Assembly (NCBI GenBank): GCA_040752595.1
Contig: JBFMGX010000004.1
Coordinates: 91,440-155,439, forward strand
Length of the DNA: 64,000 bases
DNA from: Candidatus Zixiibacteriota bacterium
Lineage (GTDB): Bacteria > Zixibacteria > MSB-5A5 > WJJR01
Direction: 5' to 3'
The stretch's first letter is position 1. Each line of letters starts with the position of its first letter. The notes under the pieces are model-generated. The model searched no databases. It was not told the DNA's origin and saw nothing but the letters and a program-made list of their open reading frames with translations. Positions 1-8,211 of the stretch are shown here, piece after piece. Made by a program: the position numbers and the translations under genes.

Positions 1-313
1 CACCCGGGAATGCCAGGTGACCCGGCTGCTGCTCCATTCGTCACTGGAAAACCATCCGCGGTCGTGGCAGGCCTTCCGGGAGATCCGCCGCCCCCTTGTG
101 GAATTCCTGGCCCGCAAGTTGCGCACGCTACAACGGCGGGGAGATATCCAGAACATCCATGCGGTCATCACCGCGCGCTGTTTTGTTGGAATGGTCATGG
201 ACTGTGCCCTCTGCCAGGACCTTTGGTGGAAGGTGCAGGGGCGCGTGTATGCCCCCCGGCGGGTGATCGCCAACAACGTGCAGATCTATATGCGCGGGCT
301 GATCAGATCGTAG
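1..313 (+). CDS. 3' fragment of a gene entering from upstream. Possible TetR-family regulator C-terminal ligand-binding domain (partial).
   Basis: The open frame runs from the window edge to the stop at 311-313. The translation (…LENHPRSWQAFREIRRPLVEFLARKL…GMVMDCALCQDLWW…) is helical and resembles TetR C-terminal domains. No start codon is in the window. Confidence 0.3.
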   Translation, partial: TRECQVTRLLLHSSLENHPRSWQAFREIRRPLVEFLARKLRTLQRRGDIQNIHAVITARCFVGMVMDCALCQDLWWKVQGRVYAPRRVIANNVQIYMRGLIRS

Positions 314-484
314 TCGGCCGTCGGCGGTGCCGTCATGACGGCCCGCCTTTTCAGGCAGCCATCTTGTGATTCAGGTCACGAACGGGCAGACGAGAGATTG
401 GACACGATGGCAGCGATACGCAAACCACAATTCGGTGGAGTCATGCCGTCCCGGTGGCCCCGCCACAAACGAATGGAGGTCGCG

Positions 485-1627
485 ATGAAGCACATGCGCT
501 GGTGGGTCGTTCTGACACCGCTGGTGGGACTGTTGGCCTTGGGGGTGATCATCGGCTGCGGCGGCGATGATGAGGAGGATCCACTCGCCAGGATCGAGCG
601 GATATTCCCGTCGAGTATTCACGGGGCCCGGCCGGGCAAGGCCACATTCTACAGTGCGCCCGATGGTTTTGCCACATTGACGCACATCCCCATCGATTCC
701 CTGGTGTGCACGCATTGTCATGCCATGAAGTACGCGGATGGGACCACTGTCGACCACGAGACCTATGAACCCGGCTGCCGTGACTGCCACGTTGATCCCG
801 AGGCCCCGCAGGCCAACCCTGTGGCCGATAGTGTATGTCTCGGCTGCCATGGCCGTCAGGGTGCCGAGCAAAAGCTCTTTTCGGATGTACATCGCAGCGC
901 CGGGATGGGGTGCATGGACTGCCATACCGCCGAGCAGATGCACGGCGACGGTAGGCAGTATGCCACCTTCCTGGCCACCGGCGTGCCGACGGTCACCTGC
1001 CAGAAGTGCCACTCCACCCCGGCGGCCAACGCCTACCACTCAACGCACCTTTCCAAGGTCGACTGCTCGGCCTGTCACGTCAAGTCTGTCAGCTCCTGCT
1101 ACAACTGCCACTTCGAGACCGAAGTCGTGCTGGAACAGAAACGGTTCTTCGCGCAGACCCCACGGACGGGGTTCAAGATGCTGCTCAACTACAACGGCAA
1201 GGTCCACACCGGCACATTCCAAACGCTGTCGTATGAGGGCAAGAGCTTCGTCGCCTTGGCACCCTTCTTCGGCCACAGCATCACCAAGGCCGACATCTCC
1301 TGCGGCGATTGCCATCTTCAGAACGGTGCCGGGAACGCCAATCTCCAGCAGTATGTCAGCTCCGGCTCCATAACTGTCACCGAGTGGGATGCGACGGCCC
1401 AAGGCGCGGCGCGGTTGGTCGGACCCACCGGTGTGATCCCGATCCCCGAGGACTGGAAGACCGTGCTGAAATTCGAGTTTCTCCAGTACACCGGGCAGGC
1501 CAACGACCCGGTCGGAGCCGACAACCTGCCTCTGTGGGACCACCTCAAGTCAACCGCCGATGGCTCTCACATGCCGTACGGTCAGCCGCTGTCCGTGTCA
1601 CAGATGGGCAAGCTGATCGACAACTGA
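485..1627 (+). CDS. Octahaem c-type cytochrome, predicted lipoprotein.
   Basis: Eight CxxCH motifs are present: CTHCH, CRDCH, CLGCH, CMDCH, CQKCH, CSACH, CYNCH, CGDCH. The signal peptide with lipobox (LLALGVIIGC) begins at Met-51 of the six-frame ORF. A GGAGG lies 7 nt upstream of the ATG at 485. Confidence 0.8.
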   Translation: MKHMRWWVVLTPLVGLLALGVIIGCGGDDEEDPLARIERIFPSSIHGARPGKATFYSAPDGFATLTHIPIDSLVCTHCHAMKYADGTTVDHETYEPGCRDCHVDPEAPQANPVADSVCLGCHGRQGAEQKLFSDVHRSAGMGCMDCHTAEQMHGDGRQYATFLATGVPTVTCQKCHSTPAANAYHSTHLSKVDCSACHVKSVSSCYNCHFETEVVLEQKRFFAQTPRTGFKMLLNYNGKVHTGTFQTLSYEGKSFVALAPFFGHSITKADISCGDCHLQNGAGNANLQQYVSSGSITVTEWDATAQGAARLVGPTGVIPIPEDWKTVLKFEFLQYTGQANDPVGADNLPLWDHLKSTADGSHMPYGQPLSVSQMGKLIDN

Positions 1628-1653
1628 CCGAATCACATCTTGGATCATCCCCG

Positions 1654-1684
1654 CCCACCTGCCGTCTCCACCACGGCAGGTGGG
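1654..1684 (+). terminator. GC-rich stem-loop downstream of the cytochrome gene (cccacctgccg / cggcaggtggg).
   Basis: An 11-bp perfect inverted repeat with a 9-nt loop lies 27 nt after the stop codon. No T-tract follows, so any terminator function is uncertain. Confidence 0.35.
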
Positions 1685-1870
1685 CGCCGGTTGCGCATTC
1701 CAACTGGCTGAGATGGACTGGGCGCTTGCCCCAAACCGAAGACGTGCGCCGTTGGTGTTTCTGCTGCCGGGTGTTGGGCAGTGGGGCGCTGCTATCTCGT
1801 GCAGTGATTGACTTCGGCCAACCCCTGTCGATAACTTGATCGTCTGTTGCCGGGAGGTTGGTGGAGTCGT

Positions 1871-4525
1871 ATGAACACCTTTGCGTTGCCCAAGAACTAC
1901 GAGCCCAAAGCCGCCGAAGAGAAATGGCTGAAGACCTGGGAAGAGCGGCGGTACTTCCATGCCGATCCGCAATCCTCCCGTCCGAAATACTCGATCGTCA
2001 TTCCCCCGCCCAATGTGACCGGTGTCCTGCACCTCGGCCATGCCCTCAACAACACGATGCAGGACATCATGATTCGCTACAAGCGGATGTCCGGCTTCGA
2101 GGCCGAATGGCTGCCGGGGATTGACCATGCCGGAATCGCCACCCAAGTCGTCGTGGAAAAGCAGGTGATCGCCGAAGGTGGCACGCGCGAGGCGTTGGGA
2201 CGCGATGAGTTTCTCAAACGCGTCTGGGAGTGGAAGAACAAGAACGGCAACACAATCCTCGAGCAACTCCGGCGGATGGGGTGCTCCTGCGACTGGGACC
2301 GCACCCGATTCACCATGGATGAAGGGTTGTCCCGCGCCGTCTTCCAGGTCTTCGTCGATCTCTACAACAAGGGGCTGATCTACAAGGGGACCTACATCGT
2401 CAATTGGTGTCCGCGTTGCCGCACGACGCTCTCCGATGATGAACTCGAACGCGAGGAGCGCGACGGTTCACTCTATTACATCCGCTACCCGCTGGCGGGC
2501 CAGTCCGGCCACCTGACCGTGGCGACAACCCGCCCCGAATCGATGCTCGGCGACACCGCGGTGGCGGTTCATCCTCAAGATGAACGCTATCGGGATTACA
2601 TCGGCCAAAAGGTCACGTTGCCGCTGTTGGGACGGCTGCTGCCGGTGATCGCCGACAACTACATCGACCGTGAGTTCGGCACCGGTGTGCTCAAGGTCAC
2701 CCCCGCGCATGACGTCAACGACTTCGAGATCGGCTTACGCCATCATCTCGAGGTCATCAAGGTGATCGGACCCGATGGCGTCATCACCGCCGAGGGCGGA
2801 CCGTATGCCGGTCTCGACCGCGACGAGGCCCGCAAGAAGATCGTCGCCGACCTGAAGAAGAAGGGGCTGCTCGAAAAGATCGAGCCGTACCGACTGGGCG
2901 CGGCCATCTGCTATCGCTGCCACACGGTCATTGAGCCGTTTCTCTCCGAGCAGTGGTTCGTGAAGATGACGGCACTGGCGCCGCCGGCGATCGCGGCCGT
3001 CCGGGAGGGACGAATCCGGTTCCATCCGGCGCACTGGGAGAAAGTGTACCTGCACTGGATGGACAACATCCACGACTGGTGCATCTCGCGGCAGTTGTGG
3101 TGGGGACATCGGATACCGGTGTACTACCGCCGCGACAACAATGCCGTCCATGTCGGTGTGACTCCGCCCGCCGATGGCGACTACCGGCAGGAGGAGGATG
3201 TCCTCGATACTTGGTTCTCCTCCTGGCTCTGGCCGTTCTCCACGTTCGGCTGGCCGGACAAGACCCCCGAATTGACCGCGTTCTACCCCACCCAGGCGCT
3301 GTTCACCGCCTCCGAGATCATCTTCCTCTGGGTGGCGCGGATGGTCATGGCCGGCAGCGAGTTCATGGGCGAGATCCCCTTCACCGACGTCTACATTCAC
3401 GGCACCGTGCGCGACGCCATCGGCCGACGGATGTCGAAGTCTCTGGGCAACGGCATCGATCCTCTGCAGATTATCGATGAGCATGGCGCTGATGCGCTGC
3501 GCCTGTCGCTGGTCTTGGCGGCCCCGGAGGGACAAGACCCCTGCATCGGCCCGCAGACCTTCGAGCTCGGGCGCAATTTCGCCAACAAGTTGTGGAATGC
3601 CTCGCGTCTCGTCCTCGGCAATCAGGGTGACGACGCGACCATGCATCCGTTGTGCCTTGATGTTCCCGCCGACCGATTGCATCTGGCCGACCGGTGGATC
3701 CTCAGCCGCCTGGCGAGCGCCATTGCGACTGTATCCGAGCAGTTGGATTCGTTCCGCTTCAACCTCGCCTCCAAGTCGCTCTACGACTTCATCTGGGCGG
3801 AATACTGCGACTGGTATCTGGAGTTGGTCAAGGCGCGCTTCACGTCCGGCACATCGCGAGAGACGCAAACCGCACGACTCGTGTCGTTGCACGTGCTCCA
3901 CAACATCCTGCGCCTGTTGCATCCCCTGGCGCCGTTTGTGACCGAGGAGCTTTGGTCCCATGTCGCGTCGCACGTGCAGGGAGCACCGGCGCATTGCGCC
4001 GTGGCGCCCTGGCCGACATCCGACCCCACGCGCATCGATGCCGAGTTGGATGAGGCGATGCAGCAGGTGTTCGACGTCATCATCGCCATCCGCAGCGTCC
4101 GCTCCGAGATGAAGATCCCGGCGGGCAAGCAGATCGACTGCCTGATTCGTCCCGACCAGCCCCGTCTGGAGAAGCACTTGCGCGACCTGGCGGACAACAT
4201 TCGTACGCTCGGCCGCATTACGAACCTGACCATTGATTCCCATGTCAAGAAACCGGTCCCGGCCGCCACGGCGGTCATCCGCGATGCCGAAATCATCATC
4301 CCATTGGCCGGGGTCATCGATCTGGAGGCCGAGCGCCGCCGGCTGGAAAAGGACCTGCGGCACTACACCGAGCAACTGGAGAAGATCAACCGCAAGCTCA
4401 ACAACGCGGACTTTCTCGAAAACGCCCCCAAGGATGTGGTGGCGCGGGAGCAGGCCAAACGCGGGGACACCGAGAAGATCGTCGCCCGGTTGAACGCCAA
4501 CCTCGAACAGATGTTGGGGTGGTAG
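1871..4525 (+). CDS. valS: Valyl-tRNA synthetase.
   Basis: A HLGH class-I motif (PPPNVTGVLHLGHALNN) and a KMSKS motif (RMSKSLGN) are both present. The editing and anticodon-binding regions and a C-terminal coiled coil match ValRS, about 885 aa. The start is taken at MNTF, Met-9 of the ORF. Confidence 0.95.
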   Translation: MNTFALPKNYEPKAAEEKWLKTWEERRYFHADPQSSRPKYSIVIPPPNVTGVLHLGHALNNTMQDIMIRYKRMSGFEAEWLPGIDHAGIATQVVVEKQVIAEGGTREALGRDEFLKRVWEWKNKNGNTILEQLRRMGCSCDWDRTRFTMDEGLSRAVFQVFVDLYNKGLIYKGTYIVNWCPRCRTTLSDDELEREERDGSLYYIRYPLAGQSGHLTVATTRPESMLGDTAVAVHPQDERYRDYIGQKVTLPLLGRLLPVIADNYIDREFGTGVLKVTPAHDVNDFEIGLRHHLEVIKVIGPDGVITAEGGPYAGLDRDEARKKIVADLKKKGLLEKIEPYRLGAAICYRCHTVIEPFLSEQWFVKMTALAPPAIAAVREGRIRFHPAHWEKVYLHWMDNIHDWCISRQLWWGHRIPVYYRRDNNAVHVGVTPPADGDYRQEEDVLDTWFSSWLWPFSTFGWPDKTPELTAFYPTQALFTASEIIFLWVARMVMAGSEFMGEIPFTDVYIHGTVRDAIGRRMSKSLGNGIDPLQIIDEHGADALRLSLVLAAPEGQDPCIGPQTFELGRNFANKLWNASRLVLGNQGDDATMHPLCLDVPADRLHLADRWILSRLASAIATVSEQLDSFRFNLASKSLYDFIWAEYCDWYLELVKARFTSGTSRETQTARLVSLHVLHNILRLLHPLAPFVTEELWSHVASHVQGAPAHCAVAPWPTSDPTRIDAELDEAMQQVFDVIIAIRSVRSEMKIPAGKQIDCLIRPDQPRLEKHLRDLADNIRTLGRITNLTIDSHVKKPVPAATAVIRDAEIIIPLAGVIDLEAERRRLEKDLRHYTEQLEKINRKLNNADFLENAPKDVVAREQAKRGDTEKIVARLNANLEQMLGW

Positions 4526-4605
4526 ATGCTGGAACCTACATGATTGCCTGGCACCATGATGGCGGAAGGCATGGTTTCCTTCACCGATAGAGGACCGGGG
4601 CATCC

Positions 4606-4657
4606 AACCTCTCTCCCCGGGAGAGGTCGCCCGCCGCAGGCGGGCGGGTGAGGGAAT
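4606..4657 (+). repeat. Nested-hairpin repeat element, copy A (AACCTCTCCCCGGGAGAGGT + CGCCCGCCGCAGGCGGGCG + GGTGAGGGAAT).
   Basis: Near-identical copies occur at 8107-8163 and, in expanded form, at 45139-45243. Two adjacent perfect palindromes are followed by a conserved GGTGAGGGAAT tail. Confidence 0.55.
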
Positions 4658-4815
4658 GGTCTCATCGGATGATTCCGTGATCGGTTCCGCGCGGATCCCG
4701 GCGTCGGCTTTCCGGTATGACGGGTACAAACGTGTGGGATGGAAGAACGCTCCGCCGCGAAGCAGCGGCGGCGGGAATGATCGGGAAACTGGCGGGTAAT
4801 GCCGGGGGAGGGATC

Positions 4816-6165
4816 ATGAGACGGCGACTGGCAGCAATTGCGGTTCTCGTTTTGGGCGTGGCGTCCCGCGCCCACGCGGACGTTCAACTGACCATCTACA
4901 ATGACAACCTGGCGCTGGTGAAAGAGACGCGCCTTCTGACGCTCCAGAAAGGGACCTTCGATCTCCCGTTCACGGACGTTGCCGCCGCGATCGACCCCAC
5001 CTCCGTGACTTTCGCGGTCCTCGACAATCCCGGCGCCGTCACCCTGCTGGAGCAGAACTACCGCTTCGATCTGGTCTCCTCGGACAAGTTGTTGGAGAAG
5101 TACATTGACCGTGCCGTCCGTGTCATCACAAAGCAGGACAAGGTCCACGAGGGGACATTGCTGGCCGCCGATGGCGCCGCCCTGACGCTGAAGCAGCCGG
5201 ATGGCGCGCTGTCGATCGTCAATCGCGCCGAAATCGCCGACCTGTCACTGACATCGCTCCCGGAGGGGTTGATCACACGCCCGACCTTGGTTTGGAAACT
5301 GCGATCGGACGTCGCCGGCCCGGCGCGTTCCGAAGTCCGGTACTTGACCGGCAAGATCAACTGGCAGGCACAGTACATTGCCACCGTGAATGCCGCCGAG
5401 GATGGTCTCGATCTCTCCGGATGGGTGTCGATCGACAACCGCAGCGGGGCAACGTACACCGACGCAACGCTCAAGCTGATGGCTGGTGACGTGCACCGCG
5501 TCGAACCGCCCCGCCCCAAAGGGATGGGGATGGACATCGCCATGGCGCGCATGAGCGCCGAGGCCGGCTTCGAGGAGAAGTCGTTCTTCGAGTACCACCT
5601 CTACACGCTGTCTCGTCCCGCCACGGTCCGCGACAACGAGATCAAGCAGTTGGCGTTGTTTGATCCGGCACACGTCAAGGCCGAGAAGATCTACACCTAC
5701 GACGGCGCCCGCGACGGCGCCAAAGTCCGGGTGACGATGGAATTCACCAACTCGCAGGCCGCCGGCCTGGGTATGCCGCTGCCGGCGGGCACGATCCGTG
5801 TCATGAAGGCCGACACCGACGGGTCGTGGGAATTCGTGGGCGAGGATCGAATCGACCACACGCCGAAGGATGAGAAACTGCGCCCGTTCCTCGGCTATGC
5901 CTTCGACATTGTCGGTGAGCGCACGCAGATGGACCGCCAGCAGATCTCCCCGCGCGTCTACGACGAGCGCTTTGAAATCAAGCTGCGCAACCACAAGACC
6001 GCGGCCGTCACCATCGTCGTGGTGGAACATTTCTGGGGGGACTGGTCGATCTCGGAGAGCAGCCATACCGCCACCAAGAAGGACGCCCGCACCGCCGAGT
6101 GGCGGATACCGGTCGCCCCGGATGCCGAGAGCGTCCTGACGTTCACCGTGCGTCACCGGAATTGA
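4816..6165 (+). CDS. DUF4140/DUF4139-family secreted protein (hypothetical).
   Basis: The signal peptide MRRRLAAIAVLVLGVASRAHA is followed by N- and C-terminal regions resembling DUF4140 and DUF4139 (…GKINWQAQYIATVNAAEDGLDLSGWVSIDNRSGATYTDATLKLMAGDV…). The start is taken at Met-34 of the ORF. Confidence 0.55.
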   Translation: MRRRLAAIAVLVLGVASRAHADVQLTIYNDNLALVKETRLLTLQKGTFDLPFTDVAAAIDPTSVTFAVLDNPGAVTLLEQNYRFDLVSSDKLLEKYIDRAVRVITKQDKVHEGTLLAADGAALTLKQPDGALSIVNRAEIADLSLTSLPEGLITRPTLVWKLRSDVAGPARSEVRYLTGKINWQAQYIATVNAAEDGLDLSGWVSIDNRSGATYTDATLKLMAGDVHRVEPPRPKGMGMDIAMARMSAEAGFEEKSFFEYHLYTLSRPATVRDNEIKQLALFDPAHVKAEKIYTYDGARDGAKVRVTMEFTNSQAAGLGMPLPAGTIRVMKADTDGSWEFVGEDRIDHTPKDEKLRPFLGYAFDIVGERTQMDRQQISPRVYDERFEIKLRNHKTAAVTIVVVEHFWGDWSISESSHTATKKDARTAEWRIPVAPDAESVLTFTVRHRN

Positions 6166-6231
6166 TGCGGCGTGGAAGCGATGTATAACAATCGGGCTCA
6201 CGGTTCGCTTCGGCCGTTCCACGCGGAGGCA

Positions 6232-6255
6232 AACAAGGGGCTTAAGCCCCTTGTT
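6232..6255 (+). terminator. Perfect hairpin AACAAGGGGCTTAAGCCCCTTGTT downstream of the DUF4139 gene.
   Basis: A 9-bp stem with a 6-nt loop lies about 67 nt after the stop. The hairpin belongs to the CAAGGGG-loop-CCCCTTG family also found in the REP-like clusters at 42.7 kb and 55.7 kb. Confidence 0.35.
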
Positions 6256-6455
6256 CACCGGTGCGAAGGCGACGCCATTCCATTGGGACGGGCACTCCCG
6301 ATTCAGTCTTCTGCGCCCGAGGCCGAGAGCAAAGGAATGACACGGCGGGCCACTTTGATCTTGCTCTGTCACTTGTGAAATCTATAATGATGCGTTTTCG
6401 CGGGGATAGACAGGCCCCGATCGTGCCGGCTGGAAGTCATACGAAGGAGCGGAAC

Positions 6456-7919
6456 ATGGTGGGCCCACGGGCGAAGGCCTTCTTGATCATCAGCGTGCTG
6501 TTTTGGTCGGTATCAGCGTACGGGCAGGCGGACCAGAGCCAGGTCAAGCAACCGGTCGATGTCTACTTGCGCTCCACGCGCATCGCCTTGCAGACCACTC
6601 CGCCGGAATACGCGCGCGCCATGCACAATCTCGAGTTGGCCCGGAAGTACTATCCCGAAAACTACGAGGTCCACTTGATGCTCGGGGAGGTCTGGTCGCG
6701 CAAGGACGAAATCGACAGCATGATCGCGGAGTACACGCTCGCCCGGAAGTACGCCCCGCCGGATGAATGGCAGAAGAAGACCAAGAACCTGGACAAGATT
6801 CTCGATGACAAGTGGCGGCAGCGGTTCAATCGTGCCGTCGATCTGCTGGGGCAATCCGACTCGATCGCGGAACTGGCGCAGCAGGAGGCCTCGACGGGAA
6901 CGGCGGACAGCATCCGGCACGTCGCCGATCAGATCCGCGAGATGTCCGCCGATGCCTTGCGGCAGTGCGCACTCCTGCAACCGGAAGATTTCCGTTCCTT
7001 CGCCACGCGCGGATTGCTGCGTCAACGGGAGGGAAAGACCGAGATGGCGCTCGATGATTTCGTCGAAGCCGAACGGTTGTTCCACCGGTACGAGTTCGGC
7101 GACTCGACGACCAACTGGTACGACACCACGGTCTTCTTCACCGGACCGGAGGGTGCCAAGACCGAGGCCTACAATGCCTTTGACGCCAAGTACAAGAAGC
7201 TCTCGGAAGAAAAGCGCACGCGCTATACCAATCTCATGCGTTCGCTCGGGGGGACATATTACGATCTCCAGAAGTGGCCGGAAGCCATCGCGGTCAACCG
7301 CCGCTACCATGCGATGTTCCCCAAGGACATCAACACGATCGTGACCTTGGCCGACATCTTCTCGCGCATCGGGGATGAACAGGAGGCCTACAAGTGGCAG
7401 GAATCGGTGGTCCGCGAGGATCCCAGCTCCAAGGACACCTGGTACAACATGGGGATCTTCTATTACAACGCCGCCATTCGGCTCCAGGATTCCCTGTCGC
7501 AGGCCGAGCGCAGCGACGATAAGGGCGCTCAGCGTGAGTTCTGGCAGAAATCGCTGGAGAATTTCGCCAGAGCGATTCCCCGGTTCGCCAAAGTCGTTGA
7601 GATCGACGCCAAAGATCAGGACACCTGGCGCCTTCTGGCCATCTGCTACTATTCCGGCGCCACATTGGCCGCCGATGCCGGCCGGATGATCACCGATACC
7701 GGTGAGCGCGAGCACTTCCTGCAGGGAGTCCTGACTCTCATCTTCGGCGCGGAAGAGCCCTCCAGCGCACAGAAACTCTGGGAAAGAGCGCGCGAAACGC
7801 TCGATAAGGCGACCGGGTTCTTCCCCGAAGATGGGGTTCTCTGCAAGATGATGAAGATCACGCTGGCGCAACTGGGCCAAAGCGACGAACTCAAGAAGTG
7901 GCAGTCCCAGTGTCCCTGA
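6456..7919 (+). CDS. Secreted tetratricopeptide-repeat (TPR) protein.
   Basis: An AAGGAG RBS lies 6 nt upstream of the ATG at 6456. The signal peptide MVGPRAKAFLIISVLFWSVSAYG|QADQ leaves Gln at +1 of the predicted mature protein. The remainder consists of TPR-like helical repeats. Confidence 0.7.
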   Translation: MVGPRAKAFLIISVLFWSVSAYGQADQSQVKQPVDVYLRSTRIALQTTPPEYARAMHNLELARKYYPENYEVHLMLGEVWSRKDEIDSMIAEYTLARKYAPPDEWQKKTKNLDKILDDKWRQRFNRAVDLLGQSDSIAELAQQEASTGTADSIRHVADQIREMSADALRQCALLQPEDFRSFATRGLLRQREGKTEMALDDFVEAERLFHRYEFGDSTTNWYDTTVFFTGPEGAKTEAYNAFDAKYKKLSEEKRTRYTNLMRSLGGTYYDLQKWPEAIAVNRRYHAMFPKDINTIVTLADIFSRIGDEQEAYKWQESVVREDPSSKDTWYNMGIFYYNAAIRLQDSLSQAERSDDKGAQREFWQKSLENFARAIPRFAKVVEIDAKDQDTWRLLAICYYSGATLAADAGRMITDTGEREHFLQGVLTLIFGAEEPSSAQKLWERARETLDKATGFFPEDGVLCKMMKITLAQLGQSDELKKWQSQCP

Positions 7920-7942
7920 TGAGGTCACAGGTCCCCGCTATG

Positions 7943-7978
7943 GGCGGTCCGCCATGGCGGATCGCCCTTAGTTTTTTT
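7943..7978 (+). terminator. Rho-independent terminator after the TPR gene.
   Basis: A GC stem (ggcggtccgcc atg gcggatcgcc) is followed by TTTTTTT. Runs of T are rare in this high-GC sequence. Confidence 0.6.
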
Positions 7979-8106
7979 GGATACGGTTGTGAGTACTTCA
8001 GGCACGAGCCGCTACTCGCGGCCGAAGAGAGATTCAGGAGCCCACACGATGATGGCAGATGGGCAGCACCTGCATCCCGACCCTGCCCGGAGGGAGCGGA
8101 GGGAGT

Positions 8107-8163
8107 CTAACCTCTCCCTCCGGGAGAGGTCGAGCCGCCGGAGGCGGCTCGGGTGAGGGAATT
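8107..8163 (+). repeat. Nested-hairpin repeat element, copy B.
   Basis: The sequence ctaacctctccctccgggagaggtcgagccgccggaggcggctcgggtgagggaat lies 49 nt upstream of the priA start. Its architecture matches copy A. Confidence 0.55.
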
Positions 8164-8211
8164 CTCTCGTCCGTTCGTCTTGCTCTTCGCCGTCAGGATG
8201 CGCATGATCTC

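Noticed and set aside
10-369. 119-aa ORF in an alternative frame at the window start.
   Set aside because: It overlaps the more protein-like 1-313 frame and the cytochrome leader. The translation is Pro/Gly/Ala-rich low complexity.
2735-4729. 664-aa - strand ORF.
   Set aside because: It lies entirely antisense to valS, whose identity is unambiguous. It is a typical high-GC antisense artefact with an Arg/Gly/Ala-rich low-complexity translation.
5245-7928. - strand ORFs of 375 aa (5245-6372) and 471 aa (6513-7928).
   Set aside because: They are antisense to the DUF4139 and TPR genes, which have signal peptides, RBSs and domain-like content. The antisense frames have no features.
8059-8211. 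N-terminal 51-codon extension of the priA ORF (MGSTC…LTSPSGRGRAAGGGSGEG…).
   Set aside because: The extension is the translation of repeat element B. The PriA homology begins at the Met at 8212.
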